A DNA stretch of 63,437 bases, counting the filler, from Octopus bimaculoides (lineage: Eukaryota): the NCBI RefSeq assembly GCF_001194135.2. It is 4 parts of 4 records of this genome, joined end to end, with 100 filler letters (N's around TTAATTAATTAA, not from the genome) between each part and the next. Parts side by side here need not be neighbours in the genome. Positions count along the whole stretch, not along the records: positions 27,982 to 56,057 come from NC_068988.1; 3 more parts are not named here. The stretch is one strand, 5' to 3'. The notes beneath the pieces are model-generated. The model was not told the DNA's origin and ran no database searches. It worked only from the letters and a program-made list of their open reading frames with translations. Shown here piece after piece: positions 38,875 to 51,602 of the stretch. How positions within the stretch are numbered: the first letter of the stretch is position 1; every line of letters begins with the position of its first letter. A program made the translations under genes and the position numbers.

Positions 38875-38932
<58 letters not shown>

Positions 38933-39209
38933 CGTTGTCTGAAATATCTATGAGTTGGAAAAAGCAGGCACTTATATATTGGTTTATAGTGTGGGTACAT
39001 TAGTATTATTAATGAAATACAATAATATCCCCCATAATAGTCCGATAATAGCCATATTAGCAATTGGTTGCATACCAAATGCTGACGGTCAGCCCTGGCT
39101 GTCATCAAAAATTACTGTGAGCAATAAAGCCCATTCCATGTTATTCCTTCGAGACATTTTTGATGATTGCTAGGGGTCGATTGTCAACTTTTATTTTATT
39201 ATTATTATT

Positions 39210-39214
<5 letters not shown>

Positions 39215-39243
<29 letters not shown>

Positions 39244-39450
39244 GTCCTTTGTACTAATAGGCACAAGGCCTGAAATTTTGGGGAGGGGTATATAGTCGAT
39301 TACATCGACTCCCAGAGCTCAGTTGCTACTTGTATCATTGACACTGAAAGGCTGAAAGACAAAGTTGGCATCAGTAGAATTTGAACTCAAGACATGAAGA
39401 CGACTGAAAAGTTACTAAGAATTTTGTCCAGCATGCTAACAATTCTGCCA
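39215..39450 (-). mobile_element. SINE-D with (ATT)n tail
   Basis: ggcacaaggcctgaaatttt...gattacatcgac...agaatttgaactc...catgctaacaattctgcc. Confidence 0.85.
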
Positions 39451-39509
39451 TGCGTGTGTGAACTCACAAGAAAGACATTTAGAGTAAGTAGGTATATTTT
39501 TAAAATATT

Positions 39510-39709
39510 TTTTATCTTTTGTTTGTGACTTGTTTGAGTCATGTGACTGTGGTCATGGAGGGGCACTGCCTTGAAGAGGTTTTTAATCGAACAAATGAAC
39601 TCTAGAATTTTTTTTTTTTTTTTTTTTTTAGCCTCGAACTTCTGCTGAACTGCTTAGTCAGAGGGGTGTGTACACACCATCACCAGTTGTCAAGCAGAGA
39701 TGGAGGACA

Positions 39710-39741
<32 letters not shown>

Positions 39742-39895
39742 GACAGGCTTCTTTCAGTTTCTGTCTACCAAATCCACTCACAAAGCTTTTGTTGGCCCGA
39801 GGTTATAGAAGACACTAGTCCAATGTGCCACTCAGTGGGACTGAACCCTGAAACATGTGATTGAGAAGCAAGCTTCTTAAAACACAGCTATGCCT
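39510..39895 (-). mobile_element. SINE-C, diverged
   Basis: Colinear with other SINE-C copies. Confidence 0.85.
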
Positions 39896-40494
39896 ATTTA
39901 ACTACTAACCATAAATAACTATAATTTGAATTACATAAACCTCAAAAGTTTTTTAAAATATATCTACAATAACACTGGAAAATCTTGTGACATTTTTATT
40001 GTTCTATTCTTTCTTTTTTTGTCTGTTTTCACTGGTCATATATCTCCTTAATTAATGAATTAATTAATTATATAAACAAATATAAATTAGGAAACACAAA
40101 ATAAATTGATTTCAATGGAAATCTATAACACTGTTGAAATTCTTACCTTTACTTTTTCTGTATTGTTCTCGGTCATTTTTCACTCTACCAACAAAGTAAA
40201 GTGATTTTGGATGTCGATCATTAATTGTTGGTAATAATTAGACTGAACGAGATATTTGATCTTGTTTGTTGTTGAAATATTTGTAACGAATTAAAGTTTA
40301 TCAGAAAACAAAAAATCAAACATTGACCTCTCTCATTTCAGATAAAATATTCAATAAGATATTTTGAATGGATAAATATGTGTGTTTATACTGGTGTGTG
40401 TATATGTGTGGATGCACAAACACATACACACATACACATAAATAACGTAGATGTATATTTATAGTGTGTGTGTTAAAAGTATCAAAGGTCTTTG

Positions 40495-40704
40495 CAAGCC
40501 ATAAGCTCATAAGGCCAGTCTCCCGGATTCTGCAGTGTATGTATTTCCCATTGGACAGGACGCTTGTCCATCACAAGATGACTCATGGTTGTCAGCTAAG
40601 TGGACTGGAGCAACATGAAACAAAGTATTTTGCTCAAGAACACAATACATCACTTAGTCCAGGATCTTGAGTACAGCACCCAAACTACTAAGCCACGTGC
40701 TTCC
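40495..40704 (-). mobile_element. SINE with B-type head/core and a different, V-domain-like 3' part
   Basis: Reverse complement: ggaagcacgtggcttagtag...tattgtgttcttgagcaaaatact...gtgatggacaagcgtcctgtccaatggg. Confidence 0.65.
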
Positions 40705-40789
40705 ACATATGTGTATGTATATACATGCATACATATAATGTGTGTGTGTGTGTGTGTGTGTGTTTTGCACTTCTGCCAGTAGAATGTAA

Positions 40790-40868
40790 AAAAACACCCA
40801 GTACACTCTGTAAAGTGGCTGGCTGTCAAGACCATCCAACCCATGCCATCATGGAAAATGAACATTAA

Positions 40869-40905
<37 letters not shown>
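40790..40905 (+). mobile_element. RTE 3'UTR terminal fragment with (GAT)n tail
   Basis: accatccaacccatgccatcatggaaaatgaacattaaatgatgatg. Confidence 0.85.
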
Positions 40906-40906
<1 letters not shown>

Positions 40907-41714
40907 AACCATGACAACGACAGCAGTGGCAGTGGTGGTGGTGATGATGATGATGATGATATATAGAAGACTAGAAGAGTTGGATTCAGAGAATCTAGCA
41001 GCATTCTCAGTAAGCTCCTCGTTTGTAACTGGCTATCACTTTACATAGTCATCAATTACCATGTAGTGTAACATAATATGCCTGTATAACAGAGAATTCA
41101 AAAAAATCTAAACATTAAACTTCTCCACAAAGAGTAAATAAAGCATAAAGTCAGATGATGTGAGACCTGTATATAAATTTATTTTTTTCTTAATGACTTC
41201 CCAATAATTACAACTGTTTCATAACCTCCATCATGTAGTATTATTGATTTTAGAAGGCAAAATTATACATATATGTTTACATCAATATATCTGTTCAGTA
41301 TTATACAATACAAGTGTATATTCATAAAGTGATGCAAATAAAGTAAGCTAACTCGTCAGATCACCTGAACATCATCATCATGGTTATATCGACAATTCAA
41401 TGAGTTGGATAACAAACATGCCTGGCATGCTTGCATGGAATACCAGAAACGACACCATATGGATGATTCTTTTATTTACAAAGATAATACAACAAGTCAA
41501 GCCATTTTGAGAAAACTGCACATGCTTTCATGGCAGACTACGAATAAAGAATACCATCAAGAAGCCATTATTTTACAATAAGTGAATGGACACACATGTA
41601 GATGAGGAAAATACAAACTCACTCACACAAACATAAACATACATACATACATATACATACATACATACATATACATACATACATACATACATACATACAT
41701 ACATACATACATAC

Positions 41715-41872
41715 ATGCATGCATACATATACAACAACAGGTTTCATTCAGTTTCCATCAGCCAAATCCACTGATAAAGTTCTTGTTAGCCCAAGGCTTT
41801 AGTAGAAGACATTTGTCCAAGGTGCCATAGTTGAGATGAGAACTTCTTAACCATACAGCCATGCCTGTACCT
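41715..41872 (-). mobile_element. SINE-C 5' half
   Basis: ttcagtttccatc-gccaaatccact...gaagacatttgtccaaggtgcc. Confidence 0.8.
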
Positions 41873-41899
41873 AGCCATACTCTAATAATGAGATAAATT

Positions 41900-43230
41900 C
41901 ATAACAATAAGATAGATTTTCCATTACTTACAATGCAGAAGGGCCCTAATAAATTCCTTGACAACCTGGAAGCAAAAATTAACCAGATGGCATGATCATT
42001 GGGGATTTCGTCACTAAAGTAGAAGAAGGTCAATGTAAGAATTAGCCAAGTATGATAGGGAAATACAAACCTGAGACACCAAACAAAGGAGAACTAGAAC
42101 TTCAGCAGTTCTGTGTAACAAATGGTTTTGTAATAATAAACACTTTGATCTGTCGTTTGATAAAAGGACAGGCAAAATGGGTCTCACCCAACAACTAGAC
42201 CTTATGCAGATAGATTACATTGTTATTCAGGGAATGTGGAAGTTATTCTTAAAATACAGAAAAACATATTACTCAGCCAAGGAAGGTCCTGATCAGTTTC
42301 AGCTCCTGACAAAAGGTGTCATCGTCATCACCATCATCTTCATTATATGAAGTCCACATTTCATGCTGGCATAAGTAGGACAGTTTGGTAGAATCCAATC
42401 CACCCACAGAATGTATCATATTCCAGTGTCTGCTTTGGTATGGTTTCTACAGTTGGATGTCATTCCTAATAGCAACTGCTTTTTAATCATGTACTCTGTG
42501 CTTTTTTCTTCATGCCAACTGTACTAGAGAGGTTACCATGTTGTTTGCAAGATTATGAACCCCAAAGAGTAGGGTACAACTCTATGCCAAGAAATGAAGG
42601 GTAAAACAATATGATGTAAATAAAATTGCCACAAGAGCTGTGCTTGGTACAAAAGTCTGAAATATAAATAGAGGTCACACCTTTGTTACAACTGAATGTA
42701 GGTGACAGAGATGAAGGGTGTGTGTTTCTTTCAAAGAAGAAATAGACAAAGTAATGAAAGAAACTGTAGGCTTGAATTCTTGAACACCATTAAATACTGA
42801 TTGACCTACCAAAAGGAATAGAGGCAATGTGTAAACATTGGGGGAAAGCCAGAGCAGAAATATTGAATTACCCATACAATATCATCAAAGCTGGTGACAT
42901 ACAAAGAACTGAAAAAAGCAGTAAAGAAAAGAAAAAGAAATAAAAGTAACTATTTGACTAAATGTAACTAATAGAAGATTACTTCAAGAATGATATTAGT
43001 CACAAACTTTTCAAGTCAATCTGAAAGACAGGAGAGAATTTAAAAACATTGAGCAATATAAAAGATAAAGAATGGTGACATACATACAAACACCACCAAG
43101 GTACTTCAATGTTGAAAAGATCGTTTTAAGCGACAGCTTAAGAAATTCTCACACAACCTTGAAGCAAAATCAGAAATCCTGAACGGTCCATCTGATGCAG
43201 ACATCCGGAGAGAAATAACAAAAGAAATTT
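41900..43230 (+). pseudogene. RTE/BovB-type LINE ORF2 N-terminal relic (AP endonuclease plus linker), interrupted at about 42320-42560
   Basis: From 41992: MIIGDFVTKV...QQFCVTNGFVIINT...WVSPNN*...QIDYIVI...GPDQ, the APE motifs GDFN, NT.F, TW.SP, QIDY, SDH in order; later YKELKKAVK...SNIKDK-NG linker motif. Confidence 0.85.
42320..42560 (-). mobile_element. RTE 3'UTR copy nested in the APE relic
   Basis: (CAT) tail...ggtttctacagttggatgtcattcctaatagcaac. Confidence 0.75.
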
Positions 43231-43719
43231 AAAAAAAAAAAAAGATTGCAATAAACAGAATAAAAAATTACTATTTAACAAGAGAGAGAGACCAAAAAAC
43301 TATTTGTGGTGTGTAAACTGATAAGGAAGATTTTAGTTTTTGTAGTATATTATCAGTTTAACTTTATGATTGAGTGCAATACCTTTTGTGATTTGCTTTA
43401 CAAGGTTTTTGATAATATATTCATTTGTTCAATAGTTATTACGCATTTGATTCATAAAATAAATTATATTTGTGGTTTGAGTATTTTTATTTGGTTTATT
43501 CTCTGATGCATTCATTATATTTGCGTCTTCTATACCTCAGTCTGCTAGTCAGTTGAAATATCTGTTGCTAATTAACGTTTAGTTTATTCTATGGTTTATT
43601 TTATTCTCTGATGCTTTGATTATTCACAAGAATATATTGTTCTTCTGAAGAGTGATTTTTTTACTACTGACATCTTACAGTCATGTGGGCATCCATTGTC
43701 TCCATCCATCATGCATACT

Positions 43720-43860
43720 ATGGGATTCTTTCAGTTTCCATCTACCAAATCCACTTACAAGTTTTTAGTTAATCATGCTTTTATAGACATCACTTGCCCA
43801 AGGTAACATACAGTGAGACTGAACTTGGAGCCATGTGGTCAAGAGTCAAATTTATTGAAC
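43720..43860 (-). mobile_element. SINE-C 5' half
   Basis: ttctttcagtttccatctaccaaatccact...cacttgcccaaggt. Confidence 0.8.
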
Positions 43861-44122
43861 CACACATACACACACACACACATGCACACATAGATGGACA
43901 GACAGACGAAGGGGTATACTCTTTATGTTGTATGTCTTGTTTCTCTGTTTGTTTTTTTTCGTTGTTCGCAAAATGTTCGTTTTTCTGTTTTCGTTTTTGT
44001 GTTTTTGTTTCTCATTATGTTTAACGTTTTTTTTTTTTTTTACTTCCTGTACCCATATATGTATGTATACATATAGATGTAGGTATGTACATATATGTAT
44101 GGATATATGCATATATTTATAT

Positions 44123-44177
<55 letters not shown>

Positions 44178-44334
44178 AATACATACATACATACATACAT
44201 ACATACATACATACATACATACATAAAACATCTGTCTATCAATTTGTCTGTTTGTCAAATAGACAGATGTATGTATGTATGTATGTATGTAAGTATGTAT
44301 GTAAGTATGTATGTATACACATACAAATATATAT

Positions 44335-44540
44335 CATCCCCATCATCATCACTTAATGCCTGTTTTCCATGCTAGCATGAACCAGATATTTTGGCAGGTT
44401 CCCACCAGCCACAGAGCTATCAGCTTTAGCATGATTTTTACAGTTTGATACCCTTCCTTGTGCCAACCATTTTAGAGTGTGTACTGGGTATTTTTTTTTT
44501 TTCCTTTTCATGACCCTAGTGAGGTTGCCAAGTAGCGTGC
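44335..44540 (-). mobile_element. RTE 3'UTR copy
   Basis: catcatcatcacttaatgcctgttttccatgctagcatg...tttgatacccttccttgtgccaacc. Confidence 0.78.
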
Positions 44541-44817
44541 AAGTTAAAATAAATAAAGGAAAAAGAAAAAAAGGAAAAAGCCACCTTGAGTGATTGGGAG
44601 TGTTGAGGACAGAGAGAGGAGGAAATGGGCGTTATGTCAGGTTTTGAATGCTATAATATAATAGGACAAGCACAGGTGTCTTGTTATGGAGATACAAGGC
44701 TACCTCACATTATGTCACAATCATGCAGTCATGGTAGATTTGTTAAGAGTTTTGCTTCCCAAACTCAAACTTTCCAACCACACATACTTGTGACTATGAT
44801 GTAAGATGTTTTTGTAA

Positions 44818-45132
44818 GATCCCCTTCAGGCATGAACGGTCATGAGATTGTACCTAGAAAGTTCCCCTCTGAGGCACAAGTTTGGGCAAGGTTGTTTATA
44901 GAAGACCAGCAGTTGCCCATGCATACCAGCCTCCCCAGTTCATGCCACCGATGTTATCTAAAGGAAAGGCAAAGGTTGATACAGCTTAGCACCAGTGACA
45001 TCACAACTCATTTCTGGAGCAACATGAAATAAAGTGTCTTGCTCAAGAGCATAACACACAGCCCTGTCTGGAAATTAAACTCACTACTTCATGATTGTGA
45101 GCCCGGCACTCTAACCACTGAGCCATGTGCCT
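44818..45132 (-). mobile_element. SINE-B
   Basis: Reverse complement of 54983-55314 (aggcacatggctcagtggttagagtg...ttgagcaagacactttatttc). Confidence 0.9.
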
Positions 45133-45214
45133 TTTGTAGTGCACAGTGAAATAGGATTATCGAAGTTAAAAAAGTATGTGACTGCAAAATGAAATTCTTC
45201 TTCCAACAGGTTAA

Positions 45215-45893
45215 CCCTTTAGCATTTAAACTGACCATATCAGGCCCAAATATTCTATCTGTTTTATATTCAAACTGCCCAGATCAAGCCTCTCATACAT
45301 CTTCTATAATGTCTTTCCAAAAATAAACAATCACATCATTAAAATTTCAAAGCTATGAGATAATACATAATTAATGAAGTACCAATCTCTCAAAGTAGAT
45401 GGAACACATGGAAGTGGGAGACCCAGGAAGACATAGGACAAAGTACTGAAGAACGACCTCAGGATGCTGGACCTTTCAGGTGAGATGAGAAAGGATTGAG
45501 ATGCCTGGTGCCTTGCAGTACTTGAGAAGACCCGTGCTTCATAGCAGAAGTGTTAAGACTGGTCCTCCTGGTGGAGAGGATTGACCTGCGAGAGTCTTGT
45601 GCCGGTGCCAGGCAAAAAACACTTGCACTTGTGACACATAGACGCACCTGTGTAGTGCCATGTAAAAGCACCCAGCACACTCTGTAAAGTGGTTGGTGAT
45701 AGGAAGGGCATCCAGCTGTAGAAACCAAGCCAAAACAGACTGGAGCCTGGCGCAGCTCTCCAGCTTACCAGTTTGGGTCAAACCATCCAACCCATGCCAG
45801 CATGGACAATGGACGTTAAATGATGATAATGATGATGATGATGATGATATTTCAAAACAATGTGAATAAATATGTAATCTGATAGCTAAAGAG
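45215..45893. mobile_element. piggyBac-type MITE, copy 2, split by an RTE insertion
   Basis: TTAA|ccctttagcatttaaac...; MITE sequence resumes at about 45849 (ttcaaaacaatgtgaataaa) and ends ctaaagag|TTAA. Confidence 0.85.
45377..45848 (+). mobile_element. RTE LINE 3' fragment, same family as 21127-21946
   Basis: KYQSLKVDGTHGSGRPRKT*DKVLKNDLRML...AVLEKTRAS*, then the UTR with ggaagggcatccagctgtagaaac and a (GAT)n tail. Confidence 0.9.
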
Positions 45894-46260
45894 TTAAGCA
45901 ATCAATCACTTATAGTATCTCTGTCATGGGTTCATAATTCATTCTATATACCCCGCACTGATATGTAGGAAAAAATAAATAGCAACAGTTAAAAAAGCAT
46001 TAAAATAAATAGCTTGTCTAACTTCAAATTCTGTTGACTCCACCCAGCTATACACCCAACAGAGGCACGTTTGTATATGTATGAAACTAGGTTCATATAA
46101 TTGTATATTTGTACTCCTGTCTAGGTTTATAGCACTGTCATGCAGGTTGTATTCAACGTGTGGATGTGTGTGCATATGTGTTTGTTCATGTGTGAGTTTG
46201 TATGTATGTACACACGTGTCTGTGTGTATGTGACAGTGTGTATGTGTGTGNNNNNNNNNN

Positions 46261-46313
<53 letters not shown>

Positions 46314-46503
46314 CTAACTGTATTTTACTCTGTGACGTTTTTTTGTGTGTGTATGTCTTTGTAATTTTATCTCTGGTTCATGATGAAATATTTACAGTTC
46401 AGTACTTTTCACAATAGAATATTATTTTTAAAGAATTTGCTATTGTATGAACATGTCTGTATACATATGCATATATATATATATATGCATATATTTATAT
46501 ATA

Positions 46504-46543
<40 letters not shown>

Positions 46544-47314
46544 NNNNNNNNNNNNNNNNNNNNNNNNNNNNNNNNNNNNNNNNNNNNNNNNNNNNNNNNN
46601 NNNNNNNNNNNNNNNNNNNNNNNNNNNNNNNNNNNNNNNNNNNNNNNNNNNNNNNNNNNNNNNNNNNNNNNNNNNNNNNNNNNNNNNNNNNNNNNNNNNN
46701 NNNNNNNNNNNNNNNNNNNNNNNNNNNNNNNNNNNNNNNNNNNNNNNNNNNNNNNNNNNNNNNNNNNNNNNNNNNNNNNNNNNNNNNNNNNNNNNNNNNN
46801 NNNNNNNNNNNNNNNNNNNNNNNNNNNNNNNNNNNNNNNNNNNNNNNNNNNNNNNNNNNNNNNNNNNNNNNNNNNNNNNNNNNNNNNNNNNNNNNNNNNN
46901 NNNNNNNNNNNNNNNNNNNNNNNNNNNNNNNNNNNNNNNNNNNNNNNNNNNNNNNNNNNNNNNNNNNNNNNNNNNNNNNNNNNNNNNNNNNNNNNNNNNN
47001 NNNNNNNNNNNNNNNNNNNNNNNNNNNNNNNNNNNNNNNNNNNNNNNNNNNNNNNNNNNNNNNNNNNNNNNNNNNNNNNNNNNNNNNNNNNNNNNNNNNN
47101 NNNNNNNNNNNNNNNNNNNNNNNNNNNNNNNNNNNNNNNNNNNNNNNNNNNNNNNNNNNNNNNNNNNNNNNNNNNNNNNNNNNNNNNNNNNNNNNNNNNN
47201 NNNNNNNNNNNNNNNNNNNNNNNNNNNNNTGTGTTTCTTCTTTTCAGGAACAGCTTGGTGTATTAATGAACAATCAACAGTGTCGGAGAGCATAAAGATT
47301 AAGTTGCAGTTGAC

Positions 47315-47938
47315 ATGGAGGACTGGAAGCCATCTGAATATTGGAGAAGAGTTGCCTGTATTGTGATGATTTGCACTGGATATCCAAATGCCAATATCAT
47401 GACAGATGCTCAATGATTTGTGAACACTGCAAAAGCTGTAAGACATGACATGGACAGCTGCAATGGAGACAATGAAGCTGAGACCAGCAGGAAGGGGCAC
47501 AGCAGGCATTCTGATTGCATCTGCACACCAGGATTAGCTCCCTCCCACATCTTTGAACAGGGCAGTTATGTGAAGCTCTTGGTGAATCCCTGGCTAGAAA
47601 GGGTTGCTGTTGGAAGGTCATATGTCTGGCAGTAGTATTTGGCTCCTTACCATGCCTCCAGAAAGAGTTAGAAGTGATTGTCGGGGTTTTTCTATGGCTG
47701 CGTCAGCCCCAGTCTCTGACCCCTTAATTCCCCTAATCACAATATCATAGATTACTATGAGTGGAGTATGGTTGAGAAAGGCACCAACCATTCTACCTGC
47801 AACACCAAGGATAAGCAAGTGACCAAGATCAAAGAGGTGTTTGAAGATCTTCCCAGGGACACATTGAGGAATGCATGCAGCAGGCTCCAGAGTTATCTTG
47901 AGGCTATGGTAGAAACTGAGGGTGGCTACATTGAGTGA
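47315..47938 (+). pseudogene. maT/DD37D-type transposase, internally deleted, single frame with 5 premature stops
   Basis: MEDWKPSEYWRRVACIVM...RKGHSRHSDCICTP // YVKLLVNPWLERVAVGRSYVWQ*[Y]LAPYH...*PLNSPNHNIIDYYEW...GGYIE*; exactly 37 residues between the second-D position and the D of IIDYY. Confidence 0.88.
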
Positions 47939-48089
47939 ACTGTTATCTCTTAGCCATAATTTTTTTTTTAATTTTATCTAGTTTCAGCTTATGCGCTGTG
48001 GCTATGCTGGGGCACCGTTGATATTCCTTTGATTTTTTTAATGCTTTTATTTTTGGATGGGATATTTTGTTTTACTTTGTTTTTGTATG

Positions 48090-48426
48090 TGGTTTGCAAG
48101 ATTCTTTATGTGAATTTGTGTGTTGAAACAAATTTTGTTGTATCTGGGGAGAGTCATACTGCTTTAATATCTAACACACTCACCGGTTCATTCCACTCAT
48201 TTATTTTGCTTTTGTCTTCTGTCTTCCAAAATGTTTGTTGTTTTTGCAGCCTTGTCAATGGAAATTTTAAAAGACATAAAATAAATAAATAAATAAATAA
48301 ATGAGTGGAAAATGAACCGGTGAGTGAGTTAGATATTAAGGCATTATGACTCCCCAGGCACAACAAAAAATTTTGCTTTCTTCACTTTTTATATAAATTG
48401 TCAAATTTAGCCTAAATACCCTGTAT
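48090..48426. mobile_element. Unclassified foldback/MITE-like element, copy 2
   Basis: About 75-80 bp inverted arms 48129-48205 / 48296-48375; distal ccctgta at about 48420 resembles a Tc1-type terminus. Confidence 0.7.
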
Positions 48427-48834
48427 TTATGTTTCTTTGCAGTATGATTTTGAAAATCGCGTGTGCGTGTGCATATGTGTATGTAAATCTGTGTGTGTGC
48501 ATGTATGTGTGTCTGTGCGTGTGTGCATGTGTGTATGTATGTATGTATGTATGTATGTATGTATACACTCACACATACACACAAAGACATTTCAAAAGTC
48601 AGTAGATACCCTTCATTGCATCATTCTATCTTTGAAGACACAACTTGATGTTTCAAACTTGTTAATGTATAATACACAAGGCATATCTGCAAAATGCTAG
48701 ATTAAATATTTTAATGCATCAAGTAACATTATTTTGTGCCCAGAAATAAATCTTTCAAAAATGATGTTGCCTATGTTTTTTCTGTGTGCATGCGTGTGTC
48801 TGTGTCTGTGTGTATATGAATATGCATATATACA

Positions 48835-48888
<54 letters not shown>

Positions 48889-48914
48889 ATGTATGTGTGT
48901 GCGTGTGTTTATGT

Positions 48915-49151
48915 ACTTTTATCTTTTATCTTTTACTTGTTTCAGTCATTTGACTGTGGCCATGCTGGTGCACTGTCTTGAACGGTTTTAGTCAAACAAA
49001 TCGGCCTCAAGTCTTTTTTAAAGCCTAGTACTTATTTTATTGATCCCTTTTGCCAAACCACTAAGTTACGGGGACATAAATACACCAATACCAGTTGTCA
49101 AGCAGTGGTGGGATACAAAAACAGACACAAAGACACACACATATAGATATA

Positions 49152-49195
<44 letters not shown>

Positions 49196-49222
49196 TGATG
49201 GGCTTCTTTCNNNNNNNNNNAC

Positions 49223-49265
<43 letters not shown>

Positions 49266-49420
49266 TGATGGGCTTCTTTCAGTTTCCTTCTACCAAATCC
49301 ACTCACAAGGCTTTGGTCAGCCCAAGGCTGTAGTAGAAACACTTGCCCAAGCTGCCATGCAGTGGGACTGAACATAGAACCACGTGTTTGGGAAGCAAAC
49401 TTCTCACCACACAGCCACAC
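48915..49420 (-). mobile_element. SINE-C, full length, spanning a 10-N gap
   Basis: Colinear with other copies. Confidence 0.9.
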
Positions 49421-49454
<34 letters not shown>

Positions 49455-49494
49455 ATATGTCAACACTATTATCATTGTCATCATCAACACCACT

Positions 49495-49532
<38 letters not shown>

Positions 49533-49973
49533 TGTTCTGACATTTTTTTTATCTATAGCAAAGGTTAGATGAAATTTTATTGAAGCAGACATTCTGTGGT
49601 CAAATGCGCTTGTTTTTCAAGTAATCTATTAATTATATCTTCAGTCAACTGGTCCTCACACATCAGCTCAACTAAAGAATATTTAATCATTGGAGAAAGC
49701 ACACAATGTCACTATCTTTCCCTTTGACAATGTTAATGGTACTAAGCTGAACTGATATATATATATATGTGCATGTATTTTTCATATATGTATGTGTGTT
49801 AATGTATACATATATGCATACACACACACACACACACACTCACACACACACACACACAATACACATGCATATATATACATATATACACAGGATTCAATTG
49901 TGAGCTTAATAAATGATATTTTTCTGACACTGGATGGAGTACTTTTCTTGTTGATTCTACTATTAATACATAT

Positions 49974-50034
<61 letters not shown>

Positions 50035-50822
50035 NNNNNNNNNNNNNNNNNNNNNNNNNNNNNNNNNNNNNNNNNNNNNNNNNNNNNNNNNNNNNNNNNN
50101 NNNNNNNNNNNNNNNNNNNNNNNNNNNNNNNNNNNNNNNNNNNNNNNNNNNNNNNNNNNNNNNNNNNNNNNNNNNNNNNNNNNNNNNNNNNNNNNNNNNN
50201 NNNNNNNNNNNNNNNNNNNNNNNNNNNNNNNNNNNNNNNNNNNNNNNNNNNNNNNNNNNNNNNNNNNNNNNNNNNNNNNNNNNNNNNNNNNNNNNNNNNN
50301 NNNNNNNNNNNNNNNNNNNNNNNNNNNNNNNNNNNNNNNNNNNNNNNNNNNNNNNNNNNNNNNNNNNNNNNNNNNNNNNNNNNNNNNNNNNNNNNNNNNN
50401 NNNNNNNNNNNNNNNNNNNNNNNNNNNNNNNNNNNNNNNNNNNNNNNNNNNNNNNNNNNNNNNNNNNNNNNNNNNNNNNNNNNNNNNNNNNNNNNNNNNN
50501 NNNNNNNNNNNNNNNNNNNNNNNNNNNNNNNNNNNNNNNNNNNNNNNNNNNNNNNNNNNNNNNNNNNNNNNNNNNNNNNNNNNNNNNNNNNNNNNNNNNN
50601 NNNNNNNNNNNNNNNNNNNNNNNNNNNNNNNNNNNNNNNNNNNNNNNNNNNNNNNNNNNNNNNNNNNNNNNNNNNNNNNNNNNNNNNNNNNNNNNNNNNN
50701 NNNNNNNNNNNNNNNNNNNNNNNNNNNNNNNNNNNNNNNNNNNNNNNNNNNNNNNNNNNNNNNNNNNNNNNNNNNNNNNNNNNNNNNNNNNNNNNNNNNN
50801 NNNNNNNNNNNNNNNNNNNNNN

Positions 50823-50859
<37 letters not shown>

Positions 50860-50965
50860 AAGTTTTTGTCTACAAAATCCACTCGCAATGCATTGATCAG
50901 CCCAAGGCTACAGTAAAAGACTCTTGCCCAAGGTGCTGTGCAGTGGAACTGAACCCAAGACCAAA
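50860..50965 (-). mobile_element. SINE-C 5' fragment
   Basis: aaatccact...gactcttgcccaaggtgctgtgcagtggaactgaaccc. Confidence 0.78.
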
Positions 50966-51029
50966 GCAGTAATTTAGGTAGGTATATAATCTGCCTCAAA
51001 GAATTCCATCTGAAACATGCAAGCATTGA

Positions 51030-51260
51030 AAAGTAGAACGTTAAAACAATGACAATGATGATCATCATCATCATTTGGCATTCATTTTCCATGCTGGCAT
51101 GGCTTAGACAGTTTAATAGGAACTGGTAAGCTAGAGAACTGCACCAGACTCCAGTCTTGGTTTCTACAGCTGGATGCCCTTCCTAATGGCAAACACTCCA
51201 TATAGCATACTGGGTGCCTTTTATGTGTCACCAGCACAAATGGATTTTATGTGTCACTGA
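51030..51260 (-). mobile_element. RTE 3'UTR copy
   Basis: ttttccatgctggcatgg...ggtttctacagctggatgcccttcctaatggcaaac. Confidence 0.85.
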
Positions 51261-51602
51261 CATTGGTATATTGATAATTTAGTAAATATTTTATCAATCT
51301 ATTCATATCAAGCCTCTTTTTAATTTTATCAATTAATACTAGTGACACATTGACATGTAGTGTGTTGTGGAGCTATCTCTGTGTTTATGAGGATAATGTT
51401 AATATAAATATGAATACATGCAAGAAATAACAGCTAAAACTCCCTTAAATGACATCTGCCATCTTATAAATGAAAGACTGGAATACTTTTCTTTTGATTA
51501 TAAGTATGCTCATGGGTATGCGAGTACTTGAAAATATCTTATAGAGTGACAACCGTGCCCTTTGGCATGGCATAGAATCTGTTCAGCCACCTTGGTAGGC
51601 AT

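Noticed and set aside
49155-49270. Tandem duplication of (TG)n-tctgatgggcttctttc around a 10-N gap
   Set aside because: Identical sequence either side of a minimal gap inside one SINE is a typical unmerged contig overlap.
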